Below, piece by piece: positions 9,038 to 16,633 of a DNA stretch of 33,836 bases. The notes beneath the pieces are model-generated. The model had not been told where the DNA came from, ran no database searches, and saw nothing but the letters and a program-made list of their open reading frames with translations. The position numbers and the translations under genes are program-made. How positions within the stretch are numbered: position 1 is the stretch's first letter; each line of letters begins with the position of its first letter. Origin of the DNA: Methanobacteriota archaeon (GTDB taxonomy: Archaea > Thermoplasmatota > Thermoplasmata > RBG-16-68-12); contig VBMM01000029.1 of NCBI GenBank assembly GCA_005878415.1, positions 1-33,836 of the forward strand. Reading direction: 5' to 3'.

Positions 9038-9424
9038 TCATGAATGGACGAACACGGCCTCGGGATTCACGCTCAGACTCGCGACGAAGGCCGATGCGAT
9101 GCGCCACATGTCCCGGCGGGGGATCATCCCGACGAACGGTTTCGGGTCTGCGCTCAGTTCAGTGAGCCCTTCGACGTACGCCTCGACTTGGACGTTCGCG
9201 CCGCCTTGAGCGTCCCACGCGCCGACCGAGAGCACGCGCTTCCCCGTGACCCAGATGCTGCCTTTGACGAGGGTCACGTGATTGGCGGACAAGGAGTCGA
9301 CCTGCATGCCCACGGACTCGCCGTACGCGTTCGCGGCGTGGAGGATCCCCGCGGGCGCCTGTCCGGCCAAGAAGAATCTCGCGACGCTCCTCCCCACGGC
9401 CCCAAGAGGGCCGCGTCGCGGCAT
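9038..9424 (-). CDS. Hypothetical protein
   Basis: 128-aa ORF with strong G/C preference at third codon positions and a balanced, non-Arg-rich composition. The overlapping plus-strand ORFs look like off-frame artefacts. No motif recognised. An internal start at MQVDSL (residue 40) is possible. Confidence 0.5.
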   Translation of the reverse strand: MPRRGPLGAVGRSVARFFLAGQAPAGILHAANAYGESVGMQVDSLSANHVTLVKGSIWVTGKRVLSVGAWDAQGGANVQVEAYVEGLTELSADPKPFVGMIPRRDMWRIASAFVASLSVNPEAVFVHS

Positions 9425-9485
9425 AACCTTTTGGCGGCGGCAAAACCCTTATTGGACAGCCGCGTTAGACGGCCGGGTTGAGACG

Positions 9486-10046
9486 ATGGAACTGAAACAG
9501 TACGAAGGCTTACCCCTCGGTTCGGCGGCGATCGACTTCTCCCTTCCCGGCGTGGACGGGAAGACGCACTCGCTGTCATCGTTCAAGGACAAGCGGATCC
9601 TCGTCGTCGCGTTCTGGTGCAACCATTGCCCATACGTGCAGGCGTGGGAGGACCGGGCGGTCGCGGCGCAACGAGAGTACGCAGGAAAAGGGGTCCAGTT
9701 CGTGATGATCAACGCGAACGACGAAGCGAGCTACCCGGAGGACGATTTCTCTCACATGGTCGAGCGCGCCAAGATGAAAGGATACAACTTCCCGTACCTT
9801 CGGGATGAGAGCCAGAAAGTCGTCGAAGCGTATGGCGGCGTCTGCACGCCCGATTTCTTCGTCTTCGACGCCGCGCGCAAACTTCGGTACCGGGGGAAGT
9901 TCGACGACTCGAAAGAGCCGCGCGGGGTGACGCATCAGTACATGCGGGAGGTCTTCGACCGCTTGCTCGCGGGCCAGGAACCCCCCGTGACGTTCGTCCC
10001 ACCGATGGGCTGCTCGATCAAGTGGAAGGCAGACCACTGGAAGTAG
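9486..10046 (+). CDS. Thioredoxin-fold (redoxin/AhpC-TSA-like) protein with a CxxC motif
   Basis: Track ORF 9282..10046 was trimmed to the ATG at 9486 (MELKQYEG...), giving 186 aa. Motifs are FWCNHCPYV, INANDEASYPEDDF, FPYLRDESQ and CTPDFFVFD, typical of the thioredoxin-family CNHCPYV group. The discarded 5' part overlaps the divergent gene. Confidence 0.8.
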   Translation: MELKQYEGLPLGSAAIDFSLPGVDGKTHSLSSFKDKRILVVAFWCNHCPYVQAWEDRAVAAQREYAGKGVQFVMINANDEASYPEDDFSHMVERAKMKGYNFPYLRDESQKVVEAYGGVCTPDFFVFDAARKLRYRGKFDDSKEPRGVTHQYMREVFDRLLAGQEPPVTFVPPMGCSIKWKADHWK

Positions 10047-10070
10047 TCCCCACGACGGACGCTACAATCG

Positions 10071-10865
10071 TCAGCGTCGGGCGCGACGATTGCGCGTTGC
10101 CCGTGGCTTCGCCTTCGGCCGCCTCGCGAGGACCCCGAGCCGCCACTCGAGGAACGAGTACACCGCGGCGAGATTCCCCCGCCGGTCGTACTCGGTGCAG
10201 ATGCGAGCTGTCTCATCCGGATCGGCTTGGAGCTCTCGCACGAACTTCTCGACCGTGGGGAGGGCGCGGCGAACTTCGTCGACGATTGGCACCGATGCCA
10301 TCCGCGATGTGCGGGAGAGCGGGTTCAGGTCGATGCTGATGACGGTCTTTCCCATGCGCACGAGCGCCTCGGTCCGGTCGCCGTCTTCCAGGGGAACGAG
10401 GACGACGTCCGCGCGGTAGATCCCGCGCCGGTGGGCGAGAGCGCGCTTCGATTCAAGATGCGGAATCGTCGCGTCCGGTCGGAGACCCAAGACCGTCGGC
10501 GCCCCGGCGTCTCGCATGATCCGGACGATTCGACGCACCCGCGCGTCCGACCGGTGGAAGAGATTGACTTCGACGACGGCCGGGAGGCGCTTCGCGAGTC
10601 GCGCGACTTCGGAGGAAGCGAGCGCCGCGACGTTCCCGTTCACGGAGATCACGGGCCGCTTCGCCCGGACGAGGAACGCCGCGGCCGCCTTCTCGGCCAC
10701 GAGGGCCGGCGCGGTCGTCTCTTCCCCGAGGAGGTAATCGAACGCTTCGCCGCGACCGTGGGCGATGAGTCCTTCCGGGACCACAATGCCGGCCTTCCAG
10801 GCCCGGACGAGTTTCTCCCTTCGGATCAGGGACTCGTACCGCGGGTGTGACTTCGGAATCCTCAT
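10071..10865 (-). CDS. Archaeal phosphopantothenate synthetase (4-phosphopantoate--beta-alanine ligase, COG1701/DUF137)
   Basis: Track ORF trimmed to the ATG at 10865, giving 264 aa. MRIPKSHPRYESLIRREKL...GLIAHGRGEAFDYLLGE...ISVNGNVAAL matches my recollection of the archaeal PPS family. Its ATG overlaps the upstream stop (ATGA). Confidence 0.75.
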   Translation of the reverse strand: MRIPKSHPRYESLIRREKLVRAWKAGIVVPEGLIAHGRGEAFDYLLGEETTAPALVAEKAAAAFLVRAKRPVISVNGNVAALASSEVARLAKRLPAVVEVNLFHRSDARVRRIVRIMRDAGAPTVLGLRPDATIPHLESKRALAHRRGIYRADVVLVPLEDGDRTEALVRMGKTVISIDLNPLSRTSRMASVPIVDEVRRALPTVEKFVRELQADPDETARICTEYDRRGNLAAVYSFLEWRLGVLARRPKAKPRATRNRRARR

Positions 10866-11917
10866 AGCATCGACCGGATTCGCTCGACGAACTTGCCGCA
10901 TCCGTGCCAGAGCGGGTCCGCGGCCGGCAAGCCGTACTGCGCCTCCCACTCCCGCACGGTGGCCTCGACCTCCTCGCGCGTCATGTTCTCGTGGTTGATG
11001 CCCAGCCCGAAGACCTTCGCGCCGCGCGAGAAGAATTCCAGCCAGCGCATCTCCTCCTCCGCGGTCGGCATCGGCCATGCGACGACATCGCGCCGGAAGC
11101 TCCGCGTCTTGCGAGCGGGCGCATGCATCATCACGATGCCCGACGGCATCGACGCGTTGATGATCGCGCGGCTCCCGCATACGTAGGCGGGATGGGAGAT
11201 GCTCCCTTGGCCCTCGACTACGATGACCTTCGGCTTCGTCTCGGCGTACGCGCGGACGATTTCCGACTCGAGTTCACCGACCATAAAATCGCCCTTAATG
11301 GAGTCGAGGGGGACGCCGTAGGCCGAGCCTTGCAACAGGCCGGTCTGTCCGGTCGCGACGAAGGTCGCCGGGAGGCCTACGGCGTTCAGGGCGTCGGTCA
11401 GAAGGAGGGCCGTCGTCCGCTTGCCAATCGCTCCGTCGGTCCCGAGCACCGGGATCCGAAGGCACGGAAGGCCCCTCGACAGGTCGCTGAACTGCTTCGA
11501 CTCGCGGATCGGGCGCGGCTTCCGGACGTCGATCAGGTGGACCCCGTGGCGTGCCGCGAGCGCCGCGAACTCGGGGTCGTCGCCCAGGTACTCGTGGAGC
11601 CCTGCGACGACGTTCAGGCCCCGCTCGATCGCGTGCCGGATGACCGCTCGGAACTCGGCCGGGATATACCCGCCGAACGTCGCGACGCCGATCACGAGGC
11701 ACTCCGGTCGGCCTCTCTCGATCGCCTCATCAAGGGTCGCGACGATCGGGATGCCGTTCGGGCGGCCGTCCAAGAGATCGCCGGCATCCCGGCCCGCCTT
11801 CGTTCGGTCGATCACGGCGGTGATCTCGTACCGTTTCGAATATCGCACGAGGCCGTTCGCGGTCTTTCCCGTGTTCTGGCCGAAATAGCCGTCGCACAGG
11901 ATCACGGCCCGCTCCAT
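10862..11917 (-). CDS. DUF1611 (COG3367) family P-loop protein
   Basis: 351 aa from the ATG at 11917 (MERAVILCDGYFGQNTGKTANGLVRY...). The N-terminal Rossmann-like part is followed by a deviant P-loop, LGTDGAIGKRTT. The alternative ATG at 11956 sits only ~8 nt from the TATA-like box and is less likely. Confidence 0.7.
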   Translation of the reverse strand: MERAVILCDGYFGQNTGKTANGLVRYSKRYEITAVIDRTKAGRDAGDLLDGRPNGIPIVATLDEAIERGRPECLVIGVATFGGYIPAEFRAVIRHAIERGLNVVAGLHEYLGDDPEFAALAARHGVHLIDVRKPRPIRESKQFSDLSRGLPCLRIPVLGTDGAIGKRTTALLLTDALNAVGLPATFVATGQTGLLQGSAYGVPLDSIKGDFMVGELESEIVRAYAETKPKVIVVEGQGSISHPAYVCGSRAIINASMPSGIVMMHAPARKTRSFRRDVVAWPMPTAEEEMRWLEFFSRGAKVFGLGINHENMTREEVEATVREWEAQYGLPAADPLWHGCGKFVERIRSML

Positions 11918-11963
11918 CGAACCAATCCCTCGTGATAACGGCGGGCGAAAGTCCATAATCTCG

Positions 11964-11969
11964 TATAAA
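11964..11969. promoter_or_regulatory. TATA-box-like element (TATAAA / TTTATA), possibly bidirectional
   Basis: The only AT-rich hexamer in the 11918..12079 divergent intergenic region. It lies 47-52 nt from ATG 11917 (minus strand) and ~110 nt from TTG 12080 (plus strand). Confidence 0.35.
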
Positions 11970-12079
11970 GGCTAGTCGCGCAGGCGATCCGTGATGGTCG
12001 CAGGATTCCGCCGCAGGGAGAGGGCACCCTCCGTCCTCGCTTCCGAGCGGGAGCGGGTCGTCCGCCGGGAGCGCCTTCG

Positions 12080-15000
12080 TTGAGCGCCCGCGTCGAGGAC
12101 TTCCCGCCGTGCAGCGCCTGCGGCGGCAAGCTGTTCCCGCTCGTCCTCTGCGATTCGTGCGGTGCCGCGTCGATCCTCCACGACGCGGACCAGCTCGACT
12201 GGGCCGCCCCGTGTCCGGAGTGCGGGACGTTCAATCCGTGGCAGGTCATCTGCGACCAGTGCCACTCCCGATTCCCCGCGCCCGGCGGCGCCGCGGAAGC
12301 GCCCGAGAAGCCGCGCGACACGTCGGAGCCGGAAGCTCCCCTCGCCGGCCCACCGCAACCGCCCCCCGCCATCGTCGCGGAAGGCCGCCCCAAGCGCAAG
12401 CTCCGCGGGGAGGTCGACCCGACTGCGGTCCTGGACACCCTGAAGGCGTTCGGCCTGGACCCGTCCCGCGCGCAGGCGCTGGTCGGCCGAGGCTACAACG
12501 CGCTATGGAAGATCGCCCGGGCGAAGGAAGTCAATCTCGGCCGGATTCCGGAGGTCGGACCGCTCGCCGCCCGAAAGATCTTCGCATCGCTCCAGTTGCT
12601 GAAGTATTCCCCCCCGCCGCGGACGAGGGAGGAAGTCGCGAAACAGGAGTATGAATGCCCGCTCTGCGGCTGCGTCACCTCCGCCTTCGCTCCGTCGTGC
12701 TCCGAGTGCGGCACCGCCTTCGACGAGGAAGAAATGGACGAGCAGATCCGGGGGCAATTTGCCGCGCAGGGAGAGGCCGGACTCCTCGCGTTCTACGACG
12801 GCCGACTCGCCGACAAACCCGAAGACCCGGACATCCTGTACGCGCGCGGCCTATTCCTCGAATCCCTCGGCCGGATTGATGAGGCGATCGACTCGCTCGA
12901 CCGCGCCCGATCCCGGGCGCCGGACACCCGCAAGTTCAAGGTCGCCCTCCTGCGGATCCAAGCCACCCAAGCCCGCAAGCCCGAGCTGGCCGAGAAAATC
13001 CGGTCCACCGCCACCTCCCTCCTCGACGACGTCTTCTGGGATCAGGAGGTCGCGGAGCTGGACGACGTCATCGCCCGCGCCGGCCCGGTCTGCGACCAAT
13101 GCGGTCGGCCTTTGCCGGAGGACGCGGACCGGTGCCCGGCGTGTGGGGCCGCGGTCGGCGGTGCCCCGGAAGCGGCGCCGGCGGCGCGGGCCGAGCCTCC
13201 ATCCCCCGAGCTCGACACCTTGGTCGACGACCTGCTCGTCGGCGAGCTCGAGGAATCCCTATCCTCGGAGGAACTCGACCGCACGAAGGCCGCGGTGCTC
13301 GACTGGCTGATCCAGGAACTCGAGGAGTCGATGCGGCCCGAGGAAAAGGCCCTCCCGATTCCCGAGAAGGAACCAGGGGAGACCGGGGCCCCGGCGGCGT
13401 CCCCTCTCGCGTCGTCCGTCGGCTTCCTCTCAGGCTGGATGCGGGGCAGCCGAGGGCTCGTCAGCGGCGTCCGTCCGAAGAGCGGGGCCCGTCCGGCGAC
13501 GGGCAAGGTGAACGGCCTCGTGAACGGCATGGGCCGCGTCAATGGACTCGTGAACGGGATGGGTCGGGTCAACGGGCTCGTCGAACCCGGGGGCCGCGTG
13601 AACGGTCTCGCCCGCGGACGGGTGAACGGCCTCGCCGGAGCCCAGGGCCGGATCAACGGGCTCGTGAACGGGACGCAGTTCGTGCGATCCGGAAGGTCGC
13701 CCGCGCAGCTCATGGGCCCGTCCCGTCGCGTGCGGTACGCGGCCATCGCCTCCGGGACGCTGGTCGCCATCGTAATCGCCGCCCTCCTGTTCGTCCCGGT
13801 CCCCGGCCCGACATCTCCGATCTCCATCGACGGCTCCTTCGCCGACTGGGGGCCGGTCCCGAAGTTCGACGCCGCGACCCAGGCGACGAATCCCGATATC
13901 TCCATCGCCCAGTACGCGTCGCTGTTCGATCGCGACTCCCTATACCTCTTCGCCTCGACGCAAGGGTCGACGTTCGGCGATTCGGGCGGATTCGACGGCG
14001 CATACTTCCTGATCGATGCGGACGGAAACGCATCGACGGGCCTGTCGTTCGACGGGATCGGGGCGGATTCGGTCGTCGACCTGTTCGGCGGGAATCACTC
14101 GCTCGCCGGTGCGCGGCTGTACTCCTTCCCAGCCGGGGCCGAGGTCAATTGGAGCCAGCGGCAGCCGCGAGGATCCGTGTCGGCGGCATCCTCCGGTCAA
14201 GGCGTGGAGGCGAAGGTCTCGAGGTACGACATCGACCGATTCGATCCCGCAAACTTCCGGATCCTGGTGTACATGGACGACTTCCGCGGGGAATCGAGTC
14301 GCAGCCTCGCTCGTCTCGGCCCGGAGGGCGGAGCCGTCCTCCTCGAGGTGGCGTCGTTGACATCCGTCCTGAACGCGGGTCCGACCCCGCTCTTCACGAT
14401 CCGGGTCCGCGCGCTCGGCATCCCCGCCGCCACAACGTGGGCCGCATCGTCGATCCAGTTGAACGCTACCCCCGGCGTCTTCGTATCCCTCTCAGCGGAA
14501 TCCGTAACCTTGACCCAGGGCCAGCCGGCTCCCGTGATCACGGCGTCGGTCTCGGCCCCGGGATTTTTGCCCGGGCAATCCGTCCAAGTCGACGTGACCG
14601 GGGCGTCGGCGAGTAACGGAGCGTTCGCCCCTCTGCCCGTCTTCGTGCACGGCGGGCCCGTCCGCGCCTACTTCGTTTCCTCGCCGTCCGTGGTACGGAT
14701 CGACGGCCTCTTCGCGGACTGGGTCGGACGGGACGTCCCCGATTCGGACCCAAGTCCCGTCAACGATTCGAATGTGAACATCGTCCGGTACGGCGCGGCG
14801 GTGGACGCGTCGACCGCCTATTTCCACGTCGCCGTCGCCGGCGACTTGCTCGAGGGCGCGGTCCCGGAGCGGATCGTGCCGTGGCCTCCCGGCCAGGGAG
14901 GAAACACATCCGGCCGACCGATTCCTCTTCCTCGCCAGACGGGGGAAGACGTCCTCCGCGTCTACATCGACCTGAACGCGACGGACACGAAGGGGACATG

Positions 15001-15388
15001 GATCGGTGGGATCTACGCCGACTACCTGTTCGAGGTCCGAGGCGAAGGAGGTCGGATCACGTCCCGCTCCTTGTCCATCTGGTCGTCCGGATGGACGAAC
15101 GTCCCTCTCCCCGGTGTGGCCCTCGCGAAGGACGACGTCGAGATCGAAGGCTCGCTTGTGATCGGGCCGACGACGAACCGCACGCAGATGGTCTTCGCGG
15201 CGACGGACTGGTCCGGGATCGGCGACACGACTCCGCCGGTGAACGCGACCGTGCAAGCGCCGGCTCCTCTCTTCGAGACCCCCGGAGGGGTGATCAACGC
15301 GCCCGAGTTCCAGGAGCTGGCTTTGCCCGCGCTCGCCACGGTAATCCTCGTCTCCTTCCTGGCGCGCCGACGTCGACGCGGCGAGTGA
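12080..15388 (+). CDS. Large bitopic membrane protein: 4 zinc ribbons, HhH, TPR-like, G-R-V-N-G-L repeats, TM helix, duplicated extracellular modules, PEF-CTERM-like tail
   Basis: 1102-aa uninterrupted ORF with a TTG start. CxxC pairs occur at residues 11-27, 45-62, 193-210 and 338-355. GRIPEVGPLAARKIF is HhH-like. The TM segment is AAIASGTLVAIVIAALLFVPV, preceded by RRVR. Two modules open with IDGSFADW and IDGLFADW. The C-terminus is APEFQELALPALATVILVSFLARRRRRGE. Confidence 0.8.
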   Translation: MSARVEDFPPCSACGGKLFPLVLCDSCGAASILHDADQLDWAAPCPECGTFNPWQVICDQCHSRFPAPGGAAEAPEKPRDTSEPEAPLAGPPQPPPAIVAEGRPKRKLRGEVDPTAVLDTLKAFGLDPSRAQALVGRGYNALWKIARAKEVNLGRIPEVGPLAARKIFASLQLLKYSPPPRTREEVAKQEYECPLCGCVTSAFAPSCSECGTAFDEEEMDEQIRGQFAAQGEAGLLAFYDGRLADKPEDPDILYARGLFLESLGRIDEAIDSLDRARSRAPDTRKFKVALLRIQATQARKPELAEKIRSTATSLLDDVFWDQEVAELDDVIARAGPVCDQCGRPLPEDADRCPACGAAVGGAPEAAPAARAEPPSPELDTLVDDLLVGELEESLSSEELDRTKAAVLDWLIQELEESMRPEEKALPIPEKEPGETGAPAASPLASSVGFLSGWMRGSRGLVSGVRPKSGARPATGKVNGLVNGMGRVNGLVNGMGRVNGLVEPGGRVNGLARGRVNGLAGAQGRINGLVNGTQFVRSGRSPAQLMGPSRRVRYAAIASGTLVAIVIAALLFVPVPGPTSPISIDGSFADWGPVPKFDAATQATNPDISIAQYASLFDRDSLYLFASTQGSTFGDSGGFDGAYFLIDADGNASTGLSFDGIGADSVVDLFGGNHSLAGARLYSFPAGAEVNWSQRQPRGSVSAASSGQGVEAKVSRYDIDRFDPANFRILVYMDDFRGESSRSLARLGPEGGAVLLEVASLTSVLNAGPTPLFTIRVRALGIPAATTWAASSIQLNATPGVFVSLSAESVTLTQGQPAPVITASVSAPGFLPGQSVQVDVTGASASNGAFAPLPVFVHGGPVRAYFVSSPSVVRIDGLFADWVGRDVPDSDPSPVNDSNVNIVRYGAAVDASTAYFHVAVAGDLLEGAVPERIVPWPPGQGGNTSGRPIPLPRQTGEDVLRVYIDLNATDTKGTWIGGIYADYLFEVRGEGGRITSRSLSIWSSGWTNVPLPGVALAKDDVEIEGSLVIGPTTNRTQMVFAATDWSGIGDTTPPVNATVQAPAPLFETPGGVINAPEFQELALPALATVILVSFLARRRRRGE
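13502..13672 (+). repeat. In-frame tandem repeat, six units of about 24-30 nt encoding G-[RK]-[VI]-N-G-L-x-x-x-x
   Basis: The units read GKVNGLVNGM, GRVNGLVNGM, GRVNGLVEPG, GRVNGLAR, GRVNGLAGAQ and GRINGLVNG. The nucleotide copies differ mainly at third codon positions. Confidence 0.9.
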
Positions 15389-15441
15389 GTCGTCCGCGGG
15401 ACCCGACAAGGTACTTGTGCCGGTAGACCGATGGTCACTCC

Positions 15442-16632
15442 GTGGAGTTGGGGGTCGTTGGGAAACCGAACGTCGGGAAGTCGACGTTCTTCGCGGCGGC
15501 GACGCTGGCGCCGGTGCAGATCGCAAACTACCCCTTCACGACGATCGACGCGAACCGAGGCGTCGAATACGTGCGCAAGCCGTGCCCGCACGTCGAAATC
15601 GGACGACCGTGCAAGCCGAACAACGCGCCGTGCAAGGACGGCACGCGCCTCATCCCCGTCGAGCTCCTCGACGTCGCGGGGCTCGTGCCCAAAGCCCACG
15701 AAGGCCGCGGCCTCGGCAACAAGTTCCTGGATGACCTGCGACAGGCGAGCGCCCTCGTCCATGTGATCGACGCGACGGGCGGGACGGACTTCGAAGGGAA
15801 CCCCGTCCTTATCGGGACCCACGACCCGCTCGACGATGTGCGGTTCCTGGAGGACGAGCTCGCGCATTGGATCGCGGGCATCCTGTCCCGGAACTGGGAC
15901 AAGGAGGCACGCCGGGCGGACCTCGACGAGATGCCGCCGGAGAAGCTCCTCCAGACGCGGCTGACGGGCCTCGGCCTCACGGAAATCCAGATCCACTTCG
16001 CCTTGCGCGAGATTCCCCTGGATCCCAAGATGGCCCGATGGACCGCGGGGGACCTCCTGCGGATCGCGCGGACGATCCTCCGCCGCGGCAAGCCGACGAT
16101 CCTCGCGGCAAACAAGGCGGACCTCCTTCCCCGAGAGGCGCTCGATCGCTTTGCGAAGATCGAAGGCTACCGCACGATCCCGACGTCCGCGGAGTATGAA
16201 CTCGCGTTACGACGCGCCACGGGGGCCGGCCTCATCGCGTACGAGCCGGGCGCGTCGGCGTTCCGGGTCCTAGCTCCGGAGAAGCTCACGCCGGCGCAGG
16301 CGAAGGGGCTCGAGCGGATCGAACTCTTCCTCCGAGAACGCGGGTCGACGGGCGTCCAGGCGTGCGTCGAGGAGGCAATCTTCAAGCTCCTCGATCTCAT
16401 CGTTGTGTATCCGGTGGAAGACGAACACCATTGGACGGACAAGGCGGGAAACGTCCTCCCGGACGCGTTCCTCGTGCCCCGCGGCGCCACCGCGGTCGAC
16501 GTAGCCTTTAAGGTTCACACGGACTTGGGCACCCACTTCATCCGCGCCATCAACGCCCGCACGAAGATGGTGGTGGGCCGGGACCACCCGGTCCAGGATG
16601 GGGACGTCCTCAAGATCGTGGCGAAGGTGTGA
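15442..16632 (+). CDS. ychF: Obg-like ATPase/GTPase YchF (OLA1 family) with a C-terminal TGS domain
   Basis: 396 aa with a GTG start. Motifs are the G1 GKPNVGKST, YPFTTIDAN, LLDVAGLV and AANKADL. The TGS-like end is DAFLVPRGATAVDVAFKVHTDLGTHFIRA...GDVLKIV. Confidence 0.85.
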   Translation: MELGVVGKPNVGKSTFFAAATLAPVQIANYPFTTIDANRGVEYVRKPCPHVEIGRPCKPNNAPCKDGTRLIPVELLDVAGLVPKAHEGRGLGNKFLDDLRQASALVHVIDATGGTDFEGNPVLIGTHDPLDDVRFLEDELAHWIAGILSRNWDKEARRADLDEMPPEKLLQTRLTGLGLTEIQIHFALREIPLDPKMARWTAGDLLRIARTILRRGKPTILAANKADLLPREALDRFAKIEGYRTIPTSAEYELALRRATGAGLIAYEPGASAFRVLAPEKLTPAQAKGLERIELFLRERGSTGVQACVEEAIFKLLDLIVVYPVEDEHHWTDKAGNVLPDAFLVPRGATAVDVAFKVHTDLGTHFIRAINARTKMVVGRDHPVQDGDVLKIVAKV

Positions 16633-16633
16633 G

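Noticed and set aside
13502-13672. A ~30-nt periodic repeat that could superficially resemble a CRISPR array
   Set aside because: The units are contiguous with no spacers. They are in frame inside a long ORF and conserved at the peptide level. No cas genes are present.
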